Of a stretch of 64,000 nt of DNA, positions 31,143 to 46,679 are shown piece by piece (the first letter of the stretch is position 1; every line of letters begins with the position of its first letter). The translations under genes were made by a program, and so were the position numbers. The stretch is from NCBI RefSeq assembly GCF_009914755.1, contig NC_060933.1. The stretch is one strand, 5' to 3'. Under the pieces are notes generated by a model. The model ran no database searches. It had not been told where the DNA came from and was given only the letters and a program-made list of their open reading frames with translations. This stretch comes from the human T2T-CHM13v2.0 reference genome, Homo sapiens.

Positions 31143-32728
31143 ATCTGGATTACTGCTGGGGAGGCTTCCTCTCCCACTTGGAACCATCGGCCCTGCCCCA
31201 AGGTTCACCGGGACATGATCAGTCCATATCAACTGAGAGCTTCCTTTAGACCAGGCTCTGGGCTATGTGCCATTGCATAATTAGTATCATTAATGCTCAC
31301 ACTAGGTGACTCTCATTAGACCCATTTTATAGACAATGAAAGAAAAGCTCAAAAAGCTTCCATCACTTGCCCAGACTTACGGTGGAAAGGATTCCAACCA
31401 AGATTTGTGGAATTCCCTGTTCAGAGCTCCCTCCCCAACATCACACTGAGTACAGAGTGTTGAGGATACAGAGGTGAATAAGATCCAGAACTGTTGGGCC
31501 GTTTGATCTTACCGCGTTCACATATTTTAATTGGGCAGGAAGACTCATATTAAATAACCAGAACGCAAAGTCCTAAGTGCTGTTTGCAAAAGGAGTCCAG
31601 TTCATGTGCTCCGGGATCCCAGTCCTCCCGAACCCCGGAGCATCCCTGACTCAGCACCCAGGCCCGGGGAAGCAGGGGGCTGGTGCGTAGGCCACTACAT
31701 TGTTAGTGAGGCCAACTTGAAGAACCGCCTGCTTCCAGCCTGACACTTATGTAAGAAATGAGGCCCTGGGTTGAATCGCTGTAAAAAAAAAAAAAAAAAA
31801 CAGACATCATTAACCAGCCTAAACCTTCAAACGCTCCAAGTCAAGGCAGAGTCAAAAGAGAGTTAACAAGCCTTCCAATTTGTCTTTTACAGGGGTTGAC
31901 TTGTCAGGTCAAGGAAGATACAGGATCCTATGGGAACTCTACACAGCGAAAGTCAGCCTGTTATTTTGGCTTGTTGATAGAACTGGCAGGTTAAGAAATG
32001 ACTGTGGCCAAAGAAGATGCGGGCATCTATTTTTGCAAGGTACCAGGTTGCCATTTTCTGCTTGGCACTGGCAGCAAACTGTCCCACAAGAGAGAAAAAC
32101 AGTCACAGATTTCTTCACATGCTGGCCTTTTACATACATAGAATTTATGTGGTAGGGATTTTTTTCTTTTATTGATGTATATAAATACATTTCTATAGAA
32201 ATAATATCATACTTTACACACTATTTTGCAAACTGCCTTTTTCCACCTATACTGTGAATAGTTTCTCAATTACTTAAATATTCTTCATCTTTGATATCTG
32301 AAATTCTAATTTATAGATTTAGCTAATTTTGAAATGTATAACTATTTAAAAATAGAAAATGAAGCTTATATGGCTTCAAATTTTTAAAAATCCCTTTATT
32401 CCATTTCTTTCTTTTATTATTATTCTTGGGTTTTTTTCTTTACCTTTTAGCTTCTTCTAAGGAAAACAACACTAAAAAATCCTTAAAGCTAAGGTTTTGT
32501 TACATTTTCATCTTTCACATTTAACTCTATGTGTGACATATTTTTCCAAATATTTAACCAGTAGCTCCACATCTTTTATTCACATAATGTAGAGGTTAAG
32601 GGTGTGAACTTCGGTGTTAGATCTGGGTTCAAATTCTGATTCAAAATCATACTAACTGGGTGACTTTGGGCTGGGCAGTGACTGTGCCTAAGCTTCATTC
32701 CCTTGTCTGTAATAAATGAGTAATGATA

Positions 32729-33117
<389 letters not shown>

Positions 33118-33189
33118 TCATATAAATGTAAATAAATACATTATCGTTTTGTATGGAAAGCCCTTTACGAGAGACAGGCAAAAAGATAA

Positions 33190-34034
<845 letters not shown>

Positions 34035-34559
34035 TAATACCTTTATGCCACTCTAGATCTGTATACATCTGTCTTTTTCTGAGGTTTCTCTTTTGCCCCA
34101 TTGCTTTGTCTAATTACTCTTGTATCAGTAGGACACTGCTTTAATTATTTCAGTGTTAGAATTGGTTTCAATAAAGCTGGGGGTGTTACTCTCCTCTTTA
34201 CACTTCTTTATGTCCGTTTCTTAGCTTTTCTCATATTTATTCTCCCAAAGAATTTGAGAACCATTTTTTGTCTAGTTTGAAAAAGCTCATGAGAATTTTT
34301 ATGGAGACACCACTAAAGTTATGCCTTTCTTCTTAATATAAAATCTTCCTATGAAGGAATCATCTACTCAAGTCTTTTTTCAGCCCCTCTGTAACACATT
34401 ATAGTTTTCATCACACATGGCCTGCACATTTCTCAAGTTTATTCCTTTTCGTTCTCAAGTTTATTCCTTTTCGTTAAGTCTTTTTCTACTTCCATTATGT
34501 TTGGAAGCTTCTATCCCTATTAAAGGGATATTATACTAGCCGGTTTTGCTCATATTCTT

Positions 34560-34960
34560 TCATTTATTCATTCACTCACTCAACAAATATACATATGGAG
34601 CATCTATTATGTCCTAAGGGCTTGGTTTTACTCACCCATGAATTACGCACATATACACACCCCACCCTTGTGAAGTTTACACTCTAGTGGGGAAAAATAA
34701 GGAGACATAATCAATATGTAGGTAATATAATATTGCACAGGATGTTACCTACAATGTGGGGAAGGCAGTGTAATGGGATTCCGAAGTGTTGAAGGAGGTT
34801 GCAATTTTATATAGATTGGTCAGAGTAGTCCCTACTGACATGTCTTTGAGAAAGGCTGCGAGCATATGAACTTTGGTGGAGATGGAGCTGTTGAAGGGAA
34901 GAATTCTAAGCAGAGGTTGTAGCCAGTGCAAAGGCCCTGAAGGAAGAGCACGGCCAGTGT
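34560..34960 (-). mobile_element. L2 3' region
   Basis: ttcattcactcactcaacaaatat...gccagtgcaaaggccctga. Confidence 0.7.
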
Positions 34961-35194
34961 CACAGCCATCTTATTGGAAAAACTGTGATTTTTGTATGGC
35001 ACTTTAAGCATAACACTCAGTACCCATACCAGTACCAAGATTTGAAGAAGGTGCCACTCACAAAGACATCCTTAAACCTCAAACAAATCAGTAGCCTTGG
35101 TTTTGGGGTGGGGGGTATGGGGGTGGCAGCACCACCACCCATACCTTGATTAAACTTGTGACTCCAAACCAGAGACCCCTCTCTCAGCCCTCTA

Positions 35195-35385
35195 ACCCAG
35201 TATTTCTCAGTATGGATGCTATGGATATTTGGGGCAGGACAGGTCCTTCACTGTGCAGGACTGTCTCATGTACTGTAGAACAATTAGAATCCCTGCCCCC
35301 TGCCTGCTAATTGATGTCAATATCCCCTATCATTGTGACATTTGAAGCAACCTCAAACTTATTGCAAATATCTCCAGCCTGAGAA
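35195..35385. mobile_element. MER20-like hAT relic
   Basis: cagtatttctca...atttggggcaggac...attgcaaatatctcc...gagaacac. Confidence 0.55.
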
Positions 35386-36019
35386 CACCATGTGGGGTCA
35401 TCAGGGACCAGCATTGTAGACAACTTCTTGTATCAGGGTTTTGTGTGCTTATTCATGAAAAGGCATACTATTTTGTGGATTGAATGAGGAGCACTGTGCA
35501 TTACATAGCAGCCATGTTGGCAGGAAAATCGGCATCTTTTTTTTTTTTTTTTTTTTTAATGAAGTTCAGAGATGTGAAGAAACGTGTGCAAGGTAACACA
35601 GTTGAAAAGCGAAGGGATCAGAATAAAAGCCCAGGTCTTCCGGTTCCTTCTACACATATACGATAATGTAACTATCAGCAACTATCAGCAATTCTAAGTT
35701 CACCCAGCTCATTTCAGTGTCAGTAAAAGCTTTTGACATAAAGAGGGGTATAATAGGGGGATATGAACTAATCCTATATAATTTAACATTAATAATAGTA
35801 GCAGCTTTAACAATAGCTAACAGTTGTTAAGTGTGTTCAAAGTGCCAGATACTGTTCTAAAGAGCTAACCAATATTTCCTGTTTACACTTACTTCTACAA
35901 TGTAGATATAATATTACCACCCTTTTAAAAATTAGGGAACTAAGTCTTAGAAAAGTAACAGGGTCATGCAGAGAGGAAGGCAGAGGTGGGGTTTGATATC
36001 CACAGTTAATCTCTTAACC

Positions 36020-36546
36020 CAGGGGTCCCCAACCCGTGGGCCACGAACAAGTACCAGTCAGTGGCCTGTTAGGAACCAGGAGGCCCAGCAGGAGGTGAGT
36101 GGCAGGAGAGCAAGTGAAGCTTCATCTGCATTTACAGCCACTCCCCACTGCTCACATTACCACCTGAGCTCTGTCTCCTGTCAGGTCAGCAGCTGCATTA
36201 GATTCTTACAGGAGTACAAACCCTATTGTGAACTGCGCATGCAAGGGATTCAGGTTGCAGGCTCTTTATGAGAATCTAACACCTGATAATCTGTCACTGT
36301 CTCCCATCACCCCCAGATAGGACCATCTAGTTGCAGGAAAACAAGCTCAGGGCTCTCACTGAGTCTACATTATGGTGAGTTGTATAATTATTTCATTATA
36401 TATTACAAAGTCATAATAATAGAAATAAAGTACACAATAAATGCAATGTACTTGAATCATCTCAAAACCATCCCCCCTGCCCATCAGTGGAAAAAATTAT
36501 CTTCCACAGAACCGATCCCTGATGCCAAAAGGGTTAGGGACCACTG
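36020..36546 (+). mobile_element. MER1A (hAT-Charlie), full length
   Basis: TIRs caggggtccccaacc / ggttagggaccactg; 8-bp TSD tcttaac[c/g]; 527 bp. Confidence 0.9.
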
Positions 36547-37452
36547 TCTTAACGGTTAGGTTATACCACCTTCAAATAGTATTTCCTTCTGCTTCTATAG
36601 CAGCAATTAATAAATCCTATGGGAATAACCCTGTAGGGGTTCTATATTTTATATCACGCTTTCATATAAAACTCTAATAAGTCCCTTTTTCAAAAGTGTT
36701 TCCTTACAGCAAATCAACCAACCTAAACAATGAAATCCCAGAATAGTGTCTAAAAGCTAAATCACCCCTCATTACTATTAGGAAGGTGTTCGACTGAATT
36801 TCAAAACACTTTTGAGTCCATAGTTGCCTTTTGGCCACGCTAGCATCAAAGTTATTTTAAAAAGCAAATCAAACGTAAGTCTTTGTATATGTCAAGCCAT
36901 AAAGGTTTTTTGGGCGTCTAATGGGTTTTGATGAGCACTGTGAGTGAGTTGTACTAGAAATCAATACCACACACTTTATGGTTCCCTGGGAATACCATAC
37001 ACCTGTGTTTTAGACACAAGGGACAAAAAGCTTGCCCACATTCATATTTTGTCAAACACAAGATGTTTGAAAAAGTCTTCAACCACATGGAAACAAGTCT
37101 GAATCTACCTCTTTTTCTACTGAGCCATGCAAGACATTTAATAGCTGGAATGCCTCATGAAGTATAAAGTGTTCGAGCGGGAGAGTCACAGAAGAAACAG
37201 TTTTGGAATCATTAAGAGCAAAGGGACTTTAAATATCACATAGTCCAAATGTATTCCAACATCTTATACATATGGGAGAATTATTTTTTAAATGACTGAA
37301 AAACTTGTTGGCAGCAGAACCGAATATGTTTATTTGTTGATTCATGTATTTGTAATTTTAACCCACTAATGTTTCTCAAAAAATTAGGATCATCAAAACA
37401 CAAAGATGTCATCTGGTAGAAGGAAAATATATGTATCAAAAGCTCAGAACTA

Positions 37453-37691
<239 letters not shown>

Positions 37692-38377
37692 CTAATAGAG
37701 TTACTGTAACAAAACATTACTTAGCTATTTCCAGCCTCCAACACCAACAAAGGGTTGGCAGGGGGCAGAGGAAGTTATAGACTTCTTATTGCCTTTTAAA
37801 GGAAGATTGGTTACCGTTTATCAAGTGAAACATGAATTTTCCTTATACTAATTTGTGGTGGGAATCTATCACTTGACACTTTATATGAGAGACACTGAAA
37901 ATCATCTCCAATAACATCCCCCACATTGATTTTACTAAAGGTATACAGATACGATTACTTCCCATGGTCATTTCTCGTATCAGTCATGAATAAGAGTTAA
38001 GGCATGACATTAAACTGTTACTCAGTGGTGCCTTTGTCTTGCAGGCAGCTGAGTTAACGCAGCTCAGGTATGCATGTTAATGCTGATTGGTCTTTACTAC
38101 TATGGGGACATAGTTCAGAGTATAGGGATAAACGGATGAAACCTCACTCAGAGTTACTTCCTTAAACGAAAACAGTCCTGGCTGAACTTTGGAAAAGGTT
38201 GGTTCCATCCATCCTTAATGAGCTGCACTCCCTGGTGAGATCTAAAATTGTAGCTACTCTTTTACTGGTTGACAAGATTCATATCCTTTGGTGGCTATGC
38301 TTAACAAAATAGTACAGACCACAGAAATGACCAAAGATCTTGAAAACTATATGGCATAGTGGTAGTAATGTACGGTA

Positions 38378-38745
38378 ATGGCCCCTAATGAATCAAGCAT
38401 CCCTCAGGAAGTCCCCTCCTATACTGACTCCAGGCTTGAATATGTAACTTTCTTTGACCAATGAGATTTCCCCTTACTTGTTACCCTCAGACCACTATGT
38501 GCAGAAGCCCAGGCTAGCTTACTGGAAGATGAGAGACCATGCGAAGCAGAGAGGAGTGTCCCATCTGATGGCTTACCAACCCCTAGACATGTCAGTGAGG
38601 TCCTCCTAGGCCATCCAGCCCTAGCCCACTGGCCAGCTGACTGCGAAACTACCCAGTCAACCACTCACTCATGAACAACAATAAAATGGCCATTGTTTTA
38701 AGCCATTGTGTTTAGGGTTGTATTCGTACAGCACAGCTAACTGAA
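38378..38745 (+). mobile_element. MLT1 (G/H-like) MaLR LTR relic
   Basis: atggcccc...gcccaggctagcttactggaagatgagagacca...ttgttttaagccattg. Confidence 0.6.
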
Positions 38746-39134
38746 ACAGATACCCATTGCAAGCAAATTACGAAGCAAGAAAAAGATTTCAAAGTATATT
38801 TGATCTTTTCTTAATCTCTGGATTGAGTGGTCCTGTGCCCCCAGTTTCCAAGTGGGTGATGTTACAACAATCTGTGGAAGTGCTCTACCAAACCCAAGAT
38901 GCATTTTCCTACAGAAATTCTGACTAAAAGGATGACTGGATTCCACAAAAGTGTATTTGACCAATGTAAAAGACATTGCTTAAGAGATGAGGTATAAAAA
39001 TGTTTAATTATTATAACTAAAGTTGAAAGTACAATTGAACTAGCAAATTAAAAATCTAAATGATGGTGCTTGAGAAAAACAAGTTCATTTTTAGATTTTT
39101 TTTTTCCTCAATTACCTAAGTCAATGGTTTCTGC

Positions 39135-39695
39135 AGTAAGCAGCGTCTACAGGGCTCCAGATGATTCCTCCTCCTGTTATTCATGCACCTGTCTACTGCC
39201 TCCTTTTGGGTGTGGACTGGACTTAGTGATCTTTTTCTAATGAATAGATTACAGCAAAATCATGGTATGTCACATTCATAATTAGGATACAAGACACTAT
39301 GACTTCTATCTTACTGGCATGCTCTATTGCCTTCTCAGTTTGCACACTTTGAGGAAGAAAGCCACCATATTGGAAAGGATCACATGGCAAGGAACCGAGG
39401 ATGGCCTCTGACCAACAGCCATTAAGAAACAGAGGCCTTCAGTCCAACAGCCTATGAAGCACTGAACCCTGCCAACAACCATGTGGAAGTGAGCTTAGAA
39501 GCAGATCCTTCCCCAGTCAAGCCTTGAGATGAGACCAAAGCCCCAGCCAATACCTTGATTGCAGCCTTTTCAGAGATCCTAAAGCAGAAGACCTAGGTAA
39601 GCCATGCCTGGATTCCTGACCCAAAGAAAGTGTGCACAACAAAATGTGTTGTTTTATAATGCTAAATTTTGAGATACTTTGTTACACAGCAGATT
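39135..39695 (+). mobile_element. MLT1 (E/F-like) MaLR LTR
   Basis: cacatggcaaggaaccgagg...ccctgccaacaaccatgtg...ttgttacacagcag. Confidence 0.75.
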
Positions 39696-39915
39696 ACAGA
39701 TTGTGATGTGTTGCATGGACATCAAAGTCACATGAAGAGTTTTTATGTTTTTAGTCATAATTTAATTTTAAAATATTATTTTTAAATTTTTCAAGTAGAA
39801 AAAATCCTTTACATTAAAACATTTTCCAAAGAAAAAACCCACTTTTCTCCCCAAAATAACCTCTCTTTACCCATTTGGAGCATATCCTTCTACATCTTTT
39901 TCATAAAATTATATA

Positions 39916-40243
39916 CAGTAGGCCTTCTGTATCTATGGGTTCCACATCCATGGATTTAACCAACCACAAATCAAAAATACTCAGAAGAAAAATGGTAAAA
40001 AAATAACAATACAATAAAAAAAATACAAATTTTTTTACCCAATACAGTATAACAACTATTTACATAGCATTTACATTGCAGTAAATATATATGTAATCTA
40101 GAGATGACTTAAAGTATACAGGAGATGTGCATAGATTATATGCAAATACTATACCATTTTATATAAGGAATTTGAGCATCCTCAGACTTTGGTATCTGAG
40201 AGGGTCTTGGGGCCAGTACCCCAAGGATACTAAGGGATGACTT
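39916..40243 (+). mobile_element. Tigger3a/MER2-group MITE
   Basis: ta|cagtaggccttctgtatct...ggatactaagggatgact. Confidence 0.75.
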
Positions 40244-42422
40244 TATTATAAATGGTATTACACCACACATAGTGTTCATCAGCTTGCCGTTTTCACATAA
40301 CAATGGCTAAGATCTGTTGGCAGACACAGACATAGTTATTTTTTACAGCTTCAGAATATTCCATAAAATGAACGAATCATAATTAATCATTTCCTTACTA
40401 AGAAACCGTTAATAAGTTGCTTCTAATTTTTTATATTGTAAATAGTACTTTAGTGAACATTCTTGGACATGTCTCTTTGTGCATGTATATGAATAAAGGA
40501 TAAATATTTTATTTTTAGAGATACAGCAAAATGCTCTCCAAAGAGGCTATAGCAATAATCACTTTGACCAAATTATGTAATAATACAAGTTTCCCCTCAC
40601 CTTTATCAATAATAAATAAGCCTTTGTTATTCTTGCCAATCTAACAGATGAAAAATGTTACTTCGCTTTCAATCATGTCATTTTACTATAACCTAATAAC
40701 ACTAAAAAACATGTGGATTTCATTTTCTTGCACACAAGTGAATCGTGACCGTAAGTATCATTGTATGTGTCTTCCAGAACTTCGGGAATTTTTTAATTTA
40801 TGGATAAAATAAAAAGAAAAAAAGATTTCCTGAGGTAATTCACATGTGGCAGAAGATACAAAAGAAAAAGGAAAGGAATTTTGTTAAAAGATGGGTTGAG
40901 AAGTAAAGTAAGCCATGTTCTGTGGGAGGGGAACAGGGTTGCAGCCAGTGTCCAAAGGAAATCAAGGGGCAGTGGCCAGCCACCAGGTGGTTAGGAGTGA
41001 AGTGGACAGATTGGGGGAGCATGGGCTCCACCTGGGAAAGATATTCTTTAACTCAGGTGTTTAAAACTGTGGGCCTTAAAAATGCCAAATTTGTTTCTTG
41101 GGAGAACAGCTGCCTGTATCAATAATCCCTGAATCAATTCACCTGAAGAAGGTACTGGCTCAAATAAAACCCAGCAATAACAACTTTGTCTCTGATGATC
41201 TAAAAGGAAGATGAAATATAGTATTTCTAATATCACGTCAGTTCTGCAAGGTATACACTATTCTCATTTTACAGATAGGGAAAACTGAGGCTAGGAGAGA
41301 TGAAGTATCTTTGCCCAACTTTATAGTCATTATTTGGCAGAGTAGAAATGAGCATTTGGTACCAACATGCTCGTTCTTTCTATCAGGCTCTGCTGCCCCA
41401 AAACAGATGGAAAAACTTGGCCCTGGTGCTAATTTTTTATCATTCTATTGTATCATCTTGGAAATGCCATTTAAACCCCTTGGAACTTGAGCTTGATTTC
41501 TTTCTTTTTGGAAGAAGGGGGTGGAATTAGATAATCTGTGGGGTTTCTTCCAGATCTAACATTCTTGGACTCCATTATACTATCTCCTGGACTACAAAGT
41601 TGACTTAGGGCTGGGGAGAGAGAGAGTGCGTGCACTCTCATCTGGAGGCTAATTTAACACAGTCCATGTACCTTTTAGAGATACAATTCCAGAGCAAGAA
41701 ATCATAAGTTTGGGAATGGGAATGAGAGCAGGACAAGGAGGCCACTCCTAGAGACTGTTCCAGAAAGCTTAACGTTTCAAGAAGCCTTTGACACTCAATG
41801 GGATGAAATAGGGTTCAGAGTCAAGCTTGTATAAAAGAAGAGACAAGCGAAGAAGGGAGGACTAAAAAGACTAACTTTTGAAAGGTCGTACTAAAAGCCC
41901 ATTTATTCAACATGAGTTTTGACAAAGCCAATTTTTCAATTACTATTATCTATTTGGAACGGTTTCCTGGAGTGAACACAAATTCTCCATTTATGCATAG
42001 TTGGCAACTAGAAACGAAGAATGAGAAAATAACATCATGCTTAATGTAAGAAAAGGAAAGGAATCGATCTTTTTTAAATGTAACCATTTTTCTGATTATG
42101 AAAACATACTCATGATAAAAAGTTTTGAATGGACATAATCCCATTACTTCCATCATGTAGGTACATTTCTTACTAGTTCTTTTCCTATGCACATGTTTTT
42201 AAAACAAAATTGGGATTCTATTATACATGCAATTTCATCTGATTTTAAAAACTCAATATTATAAATACAAAACATTTTCCCAAGCTGTTAGAAATTTTTC
42301 AGAAACAGCATTTGTAATGGCTGCAAAATGTTGCATATTTTGGGCATGCCATGATTTACTGAACCCTTCTTCTGTGGGGGGACAAACAACAAACCTATGT
42401 GACAAAGAAATGACAGAAGCCA

Positions 42423-43545
<1,123 letters not shown>

Positions 43546-45649
43546 ACGTTTGGTACTACTATAAAACTCTCCCACTGGAGTTCTTTCCTGAAGCCACAAT
43601 TCTAACCCAAGAGATGTGCATTCTTCTCCTCTGCCCATGCCCATCTGTAAGCTTCCTGGACAGATTCAACAGAGGGCTCCATAGATGGGCCTTTCTTGGA
43701 ATTAACCGTGGTTCTTGAATCCAAAGCCACAAAACAGGATGGATCCTACCTTAGGGATACAAGCTTCTCCCTTTCTTGTCCCAGGCTAAGCCCACCACCC
43801 CAGGAATCCCCCGTGGTTTTAGTTCCTACTGCTCCAGGAACTTCCAATCCTATCAAGTTGGGTTCATGGGCCCCACTGCTAGAGCAGCCATGACTGAGCC
43901 TGAAGCACAAGCTCCTGGTCCCCACTTGCTGAGCCGCCCCTGCACCCAGGCAGATCTTCCTAAGGCCCCAAGCCTCACTGCTCCCATGGTCCAAGGAGAC
44001 TCTGAAGCCAGAAGAGCCATCTCCTGTAAGCTCTTCTCTCTTCCCCACTAGATGACCTGGAAGGCTGGTTGAGCCACGTCTGACCCTCTGAGACCAGCTC
44101 TACAATATGCGGTCCCTCCCTCTAGAGCCTTCCTACTCTAGCCAGTGATTCCCCCGCAAGAACCTCTGTATCCTTTCTTCTCTGTATCCTCATTTCTCCC
44201 CACAACCAGGCAGATGGACTAAGAAACTCCTGTAACTCAGAGTGGTGTCCGAGGGAAAAACTCCTCGGATTTTAAATAGTCTTAGACTAGCTAGAACTCC
44301 GCACCACTCTCTCCCCAAATATTTCAGGCATTGTGGGGCCAGAACCCTAGGGGTGGGTTTTTAAGGCAGCAGACTGGGGAAGGAGAGAGGATGAATGAGC
44401 AGGTCTTGCGGAGCAATGAAAGAATGGGTAGCTGGCTGAAATAAGGAGGGGAAATCGATGGGAAAGTCAGGGGACACGGGGCTGAGGGGAAGAGGAGTAA
44501 GGAATGCTTTACAGAGAAGCTGAAATGGGATTTGCAGCCCGAAGGATGAGAAGGAACTATTAATATTACATCAGCGTAACTGCCCTTCATAATCACTGTT
44601 TGTTTGTGATCCTCCAAGTCTGCTTTGAACTACGCAAACAGTCTTTGCTGTAGCTCATTTTAAGGCCTGTCCAACCCCAGAGAGGTTAATTATGAAATCC
44701 ATATTAGCAATACAACTGGGGATTCAAACTTGTAAATTCATTGGCCATAGAAAATCTATCATGTTCAAAAACAAAAAGCATTTTCTTTTCTCCGAGAAGT
44801 TGACATCAGGAAACAACTCTTCCTTTAATGTTCTTGAAAAAGACCCATTCCCCCCACACTATACCTTCTTTATAATTCCGTTATAAAAGAAGTTTCACCC
44901 ATAGGTCTCTGATTTTTTTTAATAAAACTTCAGAGTATTATTTTTGGATGGTTATATTTTGGATAAACTCCTTCATCCTGGAGCCTGGTGAAGCTTTTTG
45001 CTTTAAACCTCGAAATCTTTTTTTTTTTTTTTTTTTCCCCAGTTTCAAGAGTTTAAGACTTCATGGTTTGGATTTCACTCCAAGTTCAAACTGCTTGGAG
45101 GTCCAGTGGGATCACAACTTGGCAGAATACATTCTGGTTCTTAAAATTAAGCAACTGTTACCAACATCTGAGCTTCCACACTGAGCTATTGAAAGGGCAT
45201 TTTCATATCACAAGTGGAGGCTTCCTGCTGGGCCATGGGTGGAGCAGAGCTGGAATAAGGGGAGGCAGACCCAGCTGAAACCCTTCTCAGCCCCACACAG
45301 CCCTCCCCCACCTCCCAGATTTGCTGGGCCTGTCATTTGAGGCTAAGTCATATAGACAAATTCAAAGTTCACTCTGGGACATGGGCAAGGGAAGACAACA
45401 AAACACACATTCTTCTCTCTGAAATCTTTTCCCAGGCTCTGGGATATTGCCTGGCACTCTGTAGGCACCCAATAACGTTTGTTAAATGCTTGAAAGAAAC
45501 AAACTATGGGGTAGGGGGAGATAAAAGAGAGAGAAAGAAGGAGGGAAGAAGAAAAAAGAAAAAAATGGGAGGAAGGAAAGATTCTGAAGTTATTTTAAAT
45601 AAATGCTCATTTATATATTTATATATGCTGCCTTACAGTAAATTAACAA

Positions 45650-45870
45650 TAAATAAAATTGAGTGCTTACTATGTGACCAGAACTGTGCTAAACTGCATT
45701 ATACACATTATTTCAAATCTCATGATGACACCATGAAGCAAGAAGCATTATTAACCCCATTTAAAGGTAAGGAAACTGTGGTTAAAGAGATCAAGTCACT
45801 TTGCCCATAGTGCCAAAAATAAGTGTGGGGCCAGGATCTGAATGCAGGTCTATCTGATGAGAGTCTGATC
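45650..45870 (-). mobile_element. MIR
   Basis: ttgagtgcttactatgtg...aggaaactgtggttaaagagatcaagtcactttgccc. Confidence 0.75.
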
Positions 45871-45955
45871 TCTTTCTTTCCCTTGACAATTTATCCTCAG
45901 GGATCCTGCACACTTTATGTCTCTTCATTTTTTTAAGGGTGAAAACCAATGCAGG

Positions 45956-46679
45956 TGAGAAATAAAATCCTAACCCTCCCAACCAACTGAATGGACCCCC
46001 CTTTTGGCCAAGGAGACCACAAAGAAACTTACAAACTGAGCTCTTGGCCATGACAGGGTGGGAGAGGAGGTCAGACAGGCCTTGCTGTGCCCCCTCCCTC
46101 ACTAAACACCATTAGACTTTCTTTCCCAGAGTTCAGCTGAAACCAGCCCTTTCAAAAGATTTGCTCCACTGCTGATTTCCACCAACCACCTGATGCTGTG
46201 GCTGGACTCCTCGCCATTTTTGTGGTTTTGGCACAGCAACTGACCAGCATTCCTTCCTGATAAGAGACCACTGACCACAGACTGATTCTGGCCAGTCCAT
46301 GGAGGCTGCACACAGGGACACTTCTGTGTCCTCCGTTTTCCCTTTTGACTTATGGAGCCTAAATTCACTGCATTTAAATGTTAAGTCTCCAACCCAAAGT
46401 GAACATGGGACATATGTAACATGCATGTTTGCTTACTATGCATGCACACCCCTTCATGAATATTCACAGTTCTTCCTATAACCTGTTGAATATGTATACT
46501 TAGCCAACCTGTTCAGTGTAAATTCCTGTCTTAGCCTTCCTCCTTCCAAGTGCTTGCTTTTGTTTTTTGCTGGAGGCTATGCTTCCCAGCCTGCAGGTGG
46601 CGAGCCTGCAGCTGCAACCTTTTATAAGAAATTAAGCTCTCCTTTCCCGATGTATAGATCTCATGACTTTAAGTCAACA
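45956..46679 (+). mobile_element. ERV1 solo LTR (MER39-like)
   Basis: tgagaaataaaatcctaaccctcccaaccaactgaatggacccc...gtcaaca; exact 4-bp TSD cagg. Confidence 0.85.
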
